64,000 nt of DNA, from the IMG/VR virus record IMGVR_UViG_3300021425_003554; one strand, 5' to 3'. The notes under the pieces are model-generated. The model saw only the letters and a program-made list of their open reading frames with translations. It did no database searches and was not told the origin of the DNA. The position numbers were made by a program, and so were the translations under genes. Below are positions 46,633 through 55,733 of the stretch, one piece after another. Each line of letters starts with the position of its first letter. Positions within the stretch are counted from its first letter, which is position 1. This stretch comes from a virus. Lineage: Duplodnaviria; Caudoviricetes.

Positions 46633-48101
46633 TTTATTTTTACAACAGCAGTAGGAAAGTTATCTGCATATAGCAAGGTCACTTTGTTTGTGAATTTCAT
46701 TTGTAGTAGATCTGATGCAAATATCCAACCCGTTCTTTTTGCCACCTGTAATGCTTTCTTACAAAAAGATACATTATGAAGGTTGCTTTTTTTATTCACA
46801 TATAAATTTAAATTTTCAGGATCAAGTTTTGAAACGGGTATCCTTGCCAGAGTCCAAAAATTCATCCAATTGTTACCTTCTTTGACTATCAAGTGATCAA
46901 ATTTATCTCCAACCATTTGATGTATCATTTTTTTAATCATTGTTGCGTTCGCTACATCTAAAGGATCTATAGTTTCTGTGTCAATAAAAGGCAACATTGA
47001 CATCAATTCAAAATCAGAAATTGGAGTGAATTCGTTGCCTATGTCTTTATTATCATACCCTCTTTGTTTTGGTTGAAAAAGTGTTATGATTCCCCAGTCG
47101 TTGTCCCATTCCAAATCCCAATCTATGCCGTTTACAGTTTTTGTATAATAATTTTCATCGATAGGTATGCGTTTTCCGATACGTCTGATCCATTCCCATT
47201 TATGAAATAAAACAGAATTCCCTTCGTGGCCGATTATTACAGGTCTATCTTTGAAATGTTCGGCGACCTCATAAGATTGATAATTAAAAAATGGTTCTGG
47301 ATCTATATTGTTCGCCCATTTGATCAGCGTGTCCTCGTTCATTTTTAATTCGGTGATTTTCTTAAAACCAAGTGTTTTTTCAAAACTCAGGTCAAGGTTG
47401 TTGTCAAATTTCAGAATTGCACCTTCACTGAGAACGTGTGACTTATTGGGATTATGCTTATTCTCATGATGATTTTTGTATTCTAAAGTTGGATTGCTAA
47501 GACGGTCTTTCCAATATGTCTCGGCGTAAGGATTTTTATTCCACAAAGGCAAAAATATTTTTCCATCGACTATTATTGGTTCATAGTCAGGCTCCTGATT
47601 ATTCACGTATACGAGTTCTGTTTTACCTAGAGCGTTGTATTTGTGCAAATAAGCCATTAATAGTATCGAGTCTATGCCTTGGCTGTACATTAAAACTATG
47701 TCATCATGCGAATCAATAAAGTCTTTCATTTTTTTATCAAGTTTTTCTACTGCAAATTTCTCAAATTCTTCGTATGGTATCGTGTTTCGAGGTAGGTCTC
47801 TAACTTCAATCAACCCCTCACTGTTCAATTGAAAATTTTGATAAAATGTGCTAGATTCCCACCCATGGAATATGGTTTCTTTGATGTTGTGTTTTTCAAT
47901 GAACGGATAACATTGAAAATTTACTCTACCTTTAGTCTCGACAGTGGTATTTGTATCTTGCTCTATTTGTTCAAGTGTTTTTGCAGTGATGGTATTGTCT
48001 GGACCATATTTTAAAAATATCTCCCAGTTCCGGCCATTTTTCCTTGTCCAATTTTTTAATAAGTCTTTTGTGTTCTGATCGGTGGGAGTATAGGTTTTCA
48101 T
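46629..48101 (-). CDS. asparagine-synthetase-like PP-loop protein
   Basis: VLMYSQGIDSILL; IIGHEGN; P.SD.EL. Confidence 0.6.
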   Translation of the reverse strand: MKTYTPTDQNTKDLLKNWTRKNGRNWEIFLKYGPDNTITAKTLEQIEQDTNTTVETKGRVNFQCYPFIEKHNIKETIFHGWESSTFYQNFQLNSEGLIEVRDLPRNTIPYEEFEKFAVEKLDKKMKDFIDSHDDIVLMYSQGIDSILLMAYLHKYNALGKTELVYVNNQEPDYEPIIVDGKIFLPLWNKNPYAETYWKDRLSNPTLEYKNHHENKHNPNKSHVLSEGAILKFDNNLDLSFEKTLGFKKITELKMNEDTLIKWANNIDPEPFFNYQSYEVAEHFKDRPVIIGHEGNSVLFHKWEWIRRIGKRIPIDENYYTKTVNGIDWDLEWDNDWGIITLFQPKQRGYDNKDIGNEFTPISDFELMSMLPFIDTETIDPLDVANATMIKKMIHQMVGDKFDHLIVKEGNNWMNFWTLARIPVSKLDPENLNLYVNKKSNLHNVSFCKKALQVAKRTGWIFASDLLQMKFTNKVTLLYADNFPTAVVKIN

Positions 48102-48162
48102 TTTTCAATATTTATATAGCAGTTCATTTGACAAAAAAATATTTGTCATATACAATAGAACA

Positions 48163-48462
48163 ATGATAATAGAAAAAGAAAAAATAGCAACTATAAAATT
48201 GGTCACTGGGGAAGAAGTCATTGCCAAAGTAACTGATCACGATCAAAATAAAATCACCATACAGAAACCTTTAGTAATCATGATGAGTCCACAGGGACTG
48301 GCATTTGGTACATTTGTGCCCACAATGGATCAATCAAAAGATATAGAAATAGAAACCAGGAATATTGTGGTAATTGGATTGGCCAATGAAAAAGTGATCA
48401 ACGAGTACAAGAATGCAACTTCACCTATCAAAACACCACCAAAAAGTAATATTGTTGTTTAA
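48163..48462 (+). CDS. Sm-like fold phage protein
   Basis: TIKLVTGEEVIAKV; Y...TS.I..P tail; leaderless. Confidence 0.7.
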   Translation: MIIEKEKIATIKLVTGEEVIAKVTDHDQNKITIQKPLVIMMSPQGLAFGTFVPTMDQSKDIEIETRNIVVIGLANEKVINEYKNATSPIKTPPKSNIVV

Positions 48463-48472
48463 AAACAGACGG

Positions 48473-48624
48473 TTGACATATTTTGATAATGTGTTAAAAT
48501 TAAATTAACAAGACATATTAAAGTAAATGTCTATAAACTTGTTCCGTCGGATCTCGCTTATATTCGGCGGAACACACGACTCCACACCCTTTGGGTGTAA
48601 TTGAGTCAACATACAGGAGATGAT
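48473..48624 (+). promoter_or_regulatory. GGTTGAC-class promoter plus three-hairpin 5' leader
   Basis: TTGACA-N16-TAAAAT; hairpins AGACAT/ATGTCT, 48541-48573, 48578-48607. Confidence 0.6.
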
Positions 48625-49731
48625 ATGGAAAACAAAGTGAAAACTCTCAATCAAGTGGTTGAGGAATTCTACAAAGACGGCGAAGATGAAGTAGCCAATT
48701 TCAAAACAAGGTTAGAAACAGCCAGAGATAGGCTGAAAGAATTACAAAAAGATCCTGAAATGATATTACCGCAAGGTATTTCACAAGTGGAGATCAATGA
48801 CGATCTATGTTTCAATTACTCTGTACAACGAGACTTGAGACCTTCACACGTGGTTCGTATATGTGAAAAATTTGATCCCCGAGTGGTAAGACCCGCATCA
48901 GCAGTCAAAAGAGACGGAAAATACTTTTTGTTTGATGGACAACACACGTCTGTCGCATTATCGGTATTGGGTTTCAAGGCAGTGCCCATGACCTATGTTG
49001 AGACATCACATCAATCTTTTGATGCCATCGCATTTGAGATATTGAATGACACAGGTATATTGAGGGCAGGCACAGAAGAGATACACAGGGGTCTATTACA
49101 CAGATGGCACAACGATGTCCATTCTGAAAACGATAGGAATAATCCTAGGGTAAAAAATGCCTACACTGTTGATACCCTATTCAAAAAATGTGCTATAGAT
49201 TTAGAACCCAAGCGAGTGAGAAAGAGCCCGGGCAAGTGTGGTCCAAACAAACACTATTTCTCACATTTCGATTATGCATACAAAGGTTTAGAAATGACCG
49301 GCGATGCTGATGTTCTTGAAAAGATATTGTTGGGAATCAAACAATATTACGGAGATGAGGACGGAGGAGAAATCAATCAAGGTATCTACATAGGACTTGT
49401 AAAAATGTACGCATTAGCAAAAGAAGACGGTGCAACTAAATTTCTACCCAAAGATTGGATAGATAAAATTCTATCGGCACTGATCGATATATGTGGAAGG
49501 AATGCACAAGGAATACATTCTGCCTCTAAAAAGCAATGGCAACATTGCCGAGGCACATCATGGGACGCACCAGTGGCAATGAGTACTCTTATGAGAGAAG
49601 CATATCTTTCACACGCATCAGAAGATGATCAGTTCAATCCACCACACGAACCTAAGGTGTCCATGGGTTTATTGAAAAACGACATCTGTGCAGAGTTTGT
49701 TCCTTATTGTAAAATGAAAAACAATGTTTGA
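48625..49731 (+). CDS. ParB/sulfiredoxin-superfamily (DUF6551/DGQH-type) protein
   Basis: VQRDL...V.RI...FD; YFLFDGQHT; start moved to MENKV after AGGAG. Confidence 0.7.
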   Translation: MENKVKTLNQVVEEFYKDGEDEVANFKTRLETARDRLKELQKDPEMILPQGISQVEINDDLCFNYSVQRDLRPSHVVRICEKFDPRVVRPASAVKRDGKYFLFDGQHTSVALSVLGFKAVPMTYVETSHQSFDAIAFEILNDTGILRAGTEEIHRGLLHRWHNDVHSENDRNNPRVKNAYTVDTLFKKCAIDLEPKRVRKSPGKCGPNKHYFSHFDYAYKGLEMTGDADVLEKILLGIKQYYGDEDGGEINQGIYIGLVKMYALAKEDGATKFLPKDWIDKILSALIDICGRNAQGIHSASKKQWQHCRGTSWDAPVAMSTLMREAYLSHASEDDQFNPPHEPKVSMGLLKNDICAEFVPYCKMKNNV

Positions 49732-50266
49732 ACTAGATAGATATATGCGATTAGATCGCGAATTGGTAGGTAAGTTACAATTTAAATCTGCCAACAAAGT
49801 ATCGCTTGAGGCAGATGTAGAAATTCTAAATAGATTCAAAAACGATTTATTAAGTGAAAATGTCAACAGAGAAGTCAAAGGCAAGTACTTTTATTTTTTA
49901 CAGAGATACTTGAGGGACACACAAAAGGCACGATGTCCTGGACAGTCCCATTATGTGGCGGAAGGTGCCAATGAGGGCAAAGCACATCTCGAGCATCCAA
50001 TACCACAAAATAGGATACTACAAGCATACCTGGAAGGTCATATATCTGAGATTGAAGCAATCCATATGCCTTTGTGCCTTATATCAGATGCTGACAAACA
50101 CATCCTGGAAGGAGAATGGCAATACAATGCCACATGGCAGTATCCATTTCGAAGATATAAAATGGCAGGATTTACCAAAACAATTAAAAATTTAAGAGGA
50201 GAACCTATTGATTTAGACTTGTGGTCTATTGAAAATCATTTTACAATGTTAGGAGTAATAAAATGA
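49724..50266 (+). CDS. putative HNH-like nuclease (EHxxP)
   Basis: HLEHPIP...LCLI...PF.RY..AG; overlaps the upstream stop. Confidence 0.5.
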   Translation: MFELDRYMRLDRELVGKLQFKSANKVSLEADVEILNRFKNDLLSENVNREVKGKYFYFLQRYLRDTQKARCPGQSHYVAEGANEGKAHLEHPIPQNRILQAYLEGHISEIEAIHMPLCLISDADKHILEGEWQYNATWQYPFRRYKMAGFTKTIKNLRGEPIDLDLWSIENHFTMLGVIK

Positions 50267-51549
50267 AACCCTGGAAAATCATACAAGAACTGGAAGCGGA
50301 CAATTCGAGACTGAAGAAAGAAGCCATCATAAGGCGTGAGTCAGACGCGGAGAACATCAGGTTCTTCAACGGCGTTGGTGCGGCCTTGGATGGATTCAGG
50401 ACTTTTGGTGTACAGAAGGTGCCCGTATCAAAGAAGGATGGCACAGGAATCACACAGACCGAATTCGATGATGTCTTGAGAAGATTGGAAGACAGAACTC
50501 TCACAGGCAATGAAATGCGAGATGTGATCCAAGACCTTTGTGATAGATCAAACATGGAAGAATGGAACGACTGGTATCGTAGGATCTTGATAAAAGATCT
50601 AAGATGTGGGGTCACACACAAGACAATCAATAAGCATTCTACGATGAAGGTTCCTGTGTTCGAGTGTATGTTGGCAGACGACAGCAAGAAGCACGAAAAG
50701 AAGATGACAGGTGAAGTGTATGTTGAACCCAAACTGGATGGAGTCAGAGTGATAACAATATGCGACGTGGACAAGGACGAGGTTAAGATGTTCTCAAGAA
50801 ACGGCAAGGAATTAGTCAACTTTCCAAAGATACTTCAACAATTTGACGAGATGCTGGACCAGATGTCCGAGAGCATGGTGTTTGACGGCGAGGTCATGAG
50901 TGACGACTTCCAGACCCTGATGAGGGAGATACACAGGAAGGGTGGTGCCAAGACCGATGACGCGGTGCTTAACCTGTTTGATTGCCTGCCACTTGAACAC
51001 TTCAAGGAGGGTGGATCAAATAACACTTTGGGTCAAAGAAAGGATTGGTTGGACGGATATGATTATGGTCCAAACATATCCAAAGTAGAATATGTAAAAA
51101 TAGATTTAGATGACGACGATGGACAGAAGCAGTTCGCGGATTATAATAGATTATGTATAGACAAGGGATTTGAAGGTATAATGGTCAAACCCATCACAGG
51201 GATCTATGAGTGTAAGAGATCCAGCCTCTGGTTAAAAGTAAAACCTTTTATAGAAGTTTCTTTAACTGTCAAAGATGTTGAAGAAGGCACGGGTAGAAAT
51301 ATTGGTAAACTGGGTGCTCTCATTGTTGAAGGTACCGACGATGGTAAATTTATAAAAACTAATGTGGGATCTGGATTGACAGACCAGGATCGTGAAACAT
51401 ATTGGCAACACAAAGATAAATTATTAGGACAGGTTGTTGAAATTAGAGCAGATGCAATAACCCAAAATCAGGACACGACTAGGGAATATAGTCTACGTTT
51501 TCCTAGATTTTTAAGATTTAGAGGATTTGAAATAGGAGAAAAAATGTAA
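50263..51549 (+). CDS. lig: ATP-dependent DNA ligase
   Basis: EPKLDGVR, FSRNGK, FDGE, EGIMVK, W.KVK, GSG, SLRFPRF. Confidence 0.95.
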   Translation: MKPWKIIQELEADNSRLKKEAIIRRESDAENIRFFNGVGAALDGFRTFGVQKVPVSKKDGTGITQTEFDDVLRRLEDRTLTGNEMRDVIQDLCDRSNMEEWNDWYRRILIKDLRCGVTHKTINKHSTMKVPVFECMLADDSKKHEKKMTGEVYVEPKLDGVRVITICDVDKDEVKMFSRNGKELVNFPKILQQFDEMLDQMSESMVFDGEVMSDDFQTLMREIHRKGGAKTDDAVLNLFDCLPLEHFKEGGSNNTLGQRKDWLDGYDYGPNISKVEYVKIDLDDDDGQKQFADYNRLCIDKGFEGIMVKPITGIYECKRSSLWLKVKPFIEVSLTVKDVEEGTGRNIGKLGALIVEGTDDGKFIKTNVGSGLTDQDRETYWQHKDKLLGQVVEIRADAITQNQDTTREYSLRFPRFLRFRGFEIGEKM

Positions 51550-52571
51550 TGAAAAATATTGGAATTATAGGTTCTGGTAAAATTGGATCAACAATATATG
51601 CTTATCTAAAAACAACAGATCATAATATTAGTATAGCGGACAAAATACAAAAAAATGAAGTACAAAAGATAGATGTATTCAACAAAGACGACCTGGAATC
51701 CTTTGTGTCTAAACAAGACATATTGGTCTCAGGAGCACCTTATGATGCTAATCCTTTGATAGCAGATGCCTGTAATAAATTCAATGTGGCATATTTTGAT
51801 CTCACAGAAGACACAGCAGTGACAGATCACATCAAGACTTTCAAATCAGACACATTCATGATGCCGCAGTGTGGTTTTGCTCCGGGAGCCATTAATATTA
51901 TTGCAAGTAATCTTATCAAGCAATTTGAAAGAGTGGACAAAGTTAATATGAGAGGTGGAGCATTGCCTAAGTATCCAAACAATGCCATGGCCTATTATCT
52001 CACATGGAGTACGTCCGGATTGATCAACGAATACGTAAATGATTGTGATGTTATTAGAAATAACAAACACATCAAAACACTACCATTGGACGGTTTAGAA
52101 ACTTTATATGTTGATGGTGATAGATATGAGGCTTTTAACACATCTGGTGGAGCGGCCTCTATGTGTGAAACATTTTCTGACACAGTCAAAACACTTGACT
52201 ACAAAACTATAAGATATCCAGGACATCATGCCAGCATGAAATTCTTGTTGGACGATTTGAATTTAAAACACAACAAAGAAAAATTTATTGATCTATTTGA
52301 TCAGGAAGTGCCTTACACTACCGCTGATGTCATTGTGATGTTCGTTAGTGTGGTCGGCATCAAGAATGGTATGCTACAAGAAGTAACGTATAGTAAAAAA
52401 ATTTACGGAGATGAAAACTTCAGTGCCATACAGAGAACCACTGCATCCGGGGCCTGTGCGGTAGTCCTGGCCTATGCCGAAGGCAAATTAAAAGGCAAAG
52501 GATTTCAACGTCAAGAAAATATACCGTTTGATGTATTCACTGGTAATAAATTTGGAGAACTTTATGGATAA
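51549..52571 (+). CDS. saccharopine dehydrogenase-family enzyme (lysine 6-dehydrogenase-like)
   Basis: GIIGSGKIG; YFDLTED; CGFAPG; WS..GLINEY; EAFNTSGG; YKTIRYPGH; AIQRTTA. Confidence 0.85.
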   Translation: MKNIGIIGSGKIGSTIYAYLKTTDHNISIADKIQKNEVQKIDVFNKDDLESFVSKQDILVSGAPYDANPLIADACNKFNVAYFDLTEDTAVTDHIKTFKSDTFMMPQCGFAPGAINIIASNLIKQFERVDKVNMRGGALPKYPNNAMAYYLTWSTSGLINEYVNDCDVIRNNKHIKTLPLDGLETLYVDGDRYEAFNTSGGAASMCETFSDTVKTLDYKTIRYPGHHASMKFLLDDLNLKHNKEKFIDLFDQEVPYTTADVIVMFVSVVGIKNGMLQEVTYSKKIYGDENFSAIQRTTASGACAVVLAYAEGKLKGKGFQRQENIPFDVFTGNKFGELYG

Positions 52572-53967
52572 ACAAAAATATAACGTGATTGTCAACAGGG
52601 CCATGGACGCCCAGATGTTATGGAAAAATGTTCCTGCTCCGAAAAGAGGAGAACTAATCAGAATATTTGGCAACAAATTAAGAGAAAATTTACAAGAGTT
52701 AGGAGAACTGGTCACAAAGGATTCCAAAAAAATTATTGCGGAAGGAATAGGAGAGGTACAAGAAGCGATAGATATGTGTGATTTCGGGGTGGGATTGTCA
52801 AGACAACTTTACGGATTGACTATGCCATCGGAAAGACAAGATCACAAGTTAATGGAAGTATGGCATCCACTCGGAGTTGTTGGAGTCATATCTGCTTTTA
52901 ATTTTCCTTGTGCTGTATGGTCATGGAATCATATACTTTCTATAGTGTGTGGAAATTCTGTTGTATGGAAACCATCACCCCTCAGTATGAACATCACTCT
53001 AAAATGTAAAGAGTTATGGGATGAGTCAATTGTTGAATTTTTAAAAAACGTGACAGTGAAACATACACAAGGTGATAGATTTCATTTACAAGATCTATTG
53101 GGCATAGTCGAAGGCGGAAAAGAAGCCGCCGAATGGATAGCAGACGATCCTAGAATAAAATTAGTAAGTGCCACAGGTTCCACAGAGATGGGCAAAGCAT
53201 TGGCTCCTAGAGTTTCGGCAAGATTAGGAAAATCTTTATTAGAATTGGGTGGTAACAATGCAATGATAGTTTCACAACACGCAAACTTGAATCTTGCGAT
53301 TAGAGCCATAGTATTCAGTGCTGTGGGAACTTGCGGACAAAGATGTACAACATTGAGAAGATTGATTGTTAACGAAAACATTTACGATACACTACTTGAA
53401 AAAATTAAATCTGCATACAGCAGTTTGACAATAGGTGATCCAATGGATCCTAAAAATTTAGTGGGACCTTTGATCAATCAACAATCTGTTGACAGAATGC
53501 AAGAAGTTTTAAAAAAATGTCGAGAAAGAGGACATATTGTACACGGTGGAGAAGTTATCGAAGGTTGCTATGTAAAACCTGCCATAGTGGAAGTCAAAGA
53601 GCAGGACGAGTTGGTACACAACGAAACTTTTGCTCCTATACTGTACATTTTGAAGTATATCACTCTAGATAATGCTATCAGAAAACACAACATTGTTCCA
53701 CAGGGATTAAGTTCTTGTATTTTTACAGATAATCTGCAAGAAGCAGAAAAATTTATATCTGTGCTGGGATCAGACTGTGGTATTGTAAATATTAATATAG
53801 GTCCTTCAGGTGCAGAAATTGGTGGAGCATTTGGTGGAGAGAAAGACACAGGCGGTGGACGAGAAAGTGGTTCGGATGCATGGAAACAATATATGCGTAG
53901 ATCAACCATCACTGTAAATTATGGAGAAGATTTGCCTTTGGCACAAGGCATAACTTTTGATGTATAA
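52564..53967 (+). CDS. ALDH7-family aldehyde dehydrogenase (AASA/P6C dehydrogenase-like)
   Basis: GEVQEAIDMCDF.VGLSRQLYG.T..SER; SAFNFPCAVW; LELGGNNA; GTCGQRCTTLRR; SDCGIVN.NIG.SGAEIGGAFGGEK.TGGGRESGSDAWKQYMRR. Confidence 0.92.
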   Translation: MDKQKYNVIVNRAMDAQMLWKNVPAPKRGELIRIFGNKLRENLQELGELVTKDSKKIIAEGIGEVQEAIDMCDFGVGLSRQLYGLTMPSERQDHKLMEVWHPLGVVGVISAFNFPCAVWSWNHILSIVCGNSVVWKPSPLSMNITLKCKELWDESIVEFLKNVTVKHTQGDRFHLQDLLGIVEGGKEAAEWIADDPRIKLVSATGSTEMGKALAPRVSARLGKSLLELGGNNAMIVSQHANLNLAIRAIVFSAVGTCGQRCTTLRRLIVNENIYDTLLEKIKSAYSSLTIGDPMDPKNLVGPLINQQSVDRMQEVLKKCRERGHIVHGGEVIEGCYVKPAIVEVKEQDELVHNETFAPILYILKYITLDNAIRKHNIVPQGLSSCIFTDNLQEAEKFISVLGSDCGIVNINIGPSGAEIGGAFGGEKDTGGGRESGSDAWKQYMRRSTITVNYGEDLPLAQGITFDV

Positions 53968-54572
53968 TGAATGTATATCCAAAAGGTTTTTATCAAGATC
54001 CAAATTTGTATTTTGATATAAACAAATTACAATCAGCAGTACAAGAAGTCGATAGTCGTGTGGCTAGACAATCCCCGCTTGGTAAAAGAGACATCAATGC
54101 AATTTGTTTAACACAGATACCCGGTGATCCAAATTCCATAACCGGAGGCAACGTGAGAGGCTACTTTTGGACAAAGCCAGATCACACGGGGATAGAAGTT
54201 ACTCGAGAAAAACCCATAGACGAGACCAAGTATTCCGAGTTTGTCAAATTGTTTGAAGACACTTACTTCAAAGAAGTGTATGATACACTATCTACAAAGT
54301 ATCAATTGGGTAGAATACGACTGCTTTGGAAACTGCCAAGAACAACATTGAGCTGGCATAGAGATCCCGAACCCAGACTGCACATACCTATCATAACCAA
54401 TCCCGGTGCTCACATGGTTGTTGAGTCAGTGAACTTTCATATGCCTGCAGACGGACACGTATGGATAACCAATAACACAAAATATCATAATGCATTCAAC
54501 GGTGGAGAAGAAGATAGAGTTCATCTAGTTGCCACTGTATTAAATTTTGACTTGAGTTTGTTTGGAGATTGA
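53967..54572 (+). CDS. aspartyl/asparaginyl beta-hydroxylase-like cupin oxygenase
   Basis: LSWHRD...RLHIPIITN...H.AFNGG..DRVHLV. Confidence 0.75.
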   Translation: MNVYPKGFYQDPNLYFDINKLQSAVQEVDSRVARQSPLGKRDINAICLTQIPGDPNSITGGNVRGYFWTKPDHTGIEVTREKPIDETKYSEFVKLFEDTYFKEVYDTLSTKYQLGRIRLLWKLPRTTLSWHRDPEPRLHIPIITNPGAHMVVESVNFHMPADGHVWITNNTKYHNAFNGGEEDRVHLVATVLNFDLSLFGD

Positions 54573-54573
54573 T

Positions 54574-54714
54574 ATGAAATATTTTGGAAAATATCTAGAT
54601 ATGTTTGTATCAAATAAAACAAAAAAAACCAAAAAACTAAAAACAAAAAAGAAAAAAACCAAAAGAAGAAGAAGACGAGAAATATCCGATGACGATTGGA
54701 GCGGAATAGTCTAA
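54574..54714 (+). CDS. small Lys/Arg-rich peptide (46 aa)
   Basis: manual translation; GGAG SD. Confidence 0.45.
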   Translation: MKYFGKYLDMFVSNKTKKTKKLKTKKKKTKRRRRREISDDDWSGIV

Positions 54715-54718
54715 CAAA

Positions 54719-54877
54719 ATGAAAAGTTATAAAATAGAAATCAAGGCAGGTGATAAAGTGGAAGTTGGACGTTTCCGTAATGTACAGGCCACAATCAAAA
54801 GCATCGAAACAGATATTAATGGTCAACCCGTGATTGTTACCAACCAAAGAAAATACTTTATCTATAGAAAAGTATGA
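54719..54877 (+). CDS. small KOW/SH3-like protein (52 aa)
   Basis: manual translation IKAGDKVEVGRF. Confidence 0.5.
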   Translation: MKSYKIEIKAGDKVEVGRFRNVQATIKSIETDINGQPVIVTNQRKYFIYRKV

Positions 54878-55569
54878 AAACTTTATTGTTAAACGGATGT
54901 AGTTTTACAGAATGTTGGACACCGTCAAAATATTTTTTAGATAATTTAAATTGTGACACCTATGTTAATATTGGCAAAGTTGCTACCAGTTTCCAAAGGA
55001 CTTGTAGATCCACTATAGAATGGATAGCACAAAACGGTGACCCAAGTTTTATCATTATACCTATAACTTTTAGCCATCGTTGGGAATTGGCTCTTTATAA
55101 AGAAGAAGATACGATAGATGGAGCGTGGACTCCATTACAAATATCAGATCTCATCAATGAGAAACATGAACTACATGGAACAAATTTTAAAGATTTAAAA
55201 AAACTTATTGACGATTATTACAAAATCATTCCTACAATAAAAACCTATTGGGATAAGCAATTTACTGAGATTATAATGTTGGCTGGTTGGTTGGACAGCA
55301 AAAATATACCTTATTTGATGTTTGATATGTGCAATGAATTTGATATGAAACATCTAAAAGGTTACAAAGGATTTTCAAAATTAGATATTATTAAAACCAA
55401 TAATAAAATAATCAATCTATTTAATTTTTGTGGTAATAGATATATGTGGAGCACCATGCCAAACAAAGACCAAATAGATTTTAATATACATCATGCACCT
55501 GAACAATATATTGAATTAGAAAAATATCTATTAAATTACCTTAAAAAAATATCAATAACGGCTGTTTAA
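54874..55569 (+). CDS. SGNH/GDSL-like hypothetical protein
   Basis: LLLNGCSF block I; C-terminal HH.PE. Confidence 0.55.
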   Translation: MKTLLLNGCSFTECWTPSKYFLDNLNCDTYVNIGKVATSFQRTCRSTIEWIAQNGDPSFIIIPITFSHRWELALYKEEDTIDGAWTPLQISDLINEKHELHGTNFKDLKKLIDDYYKIIPTIKTYWDKQFTEIIMLAGWLDSKNIPYLMFDMCNEFDMKHLKGYKGFSKLDIIKTNNKIINLFNFCGNRYMWSTMPNKDQIDFNIHHAPEQYIELEKYLLNYLKKISITAV

Positions 55570-55733
55570 ACCAATTACAGCCATAGACAGATATTATAAT
55601 TGTGTTATAATACAAGTAAATACAACGTATGCAGAAAAAAACTGTTCAGCCTGCGTTTATCAAAACTCACACCTGGTTCAAAAACACCTCGTCAAATTTT
55701 GACAGAAAAGAAAAAATAAGTTAAAATAACATT

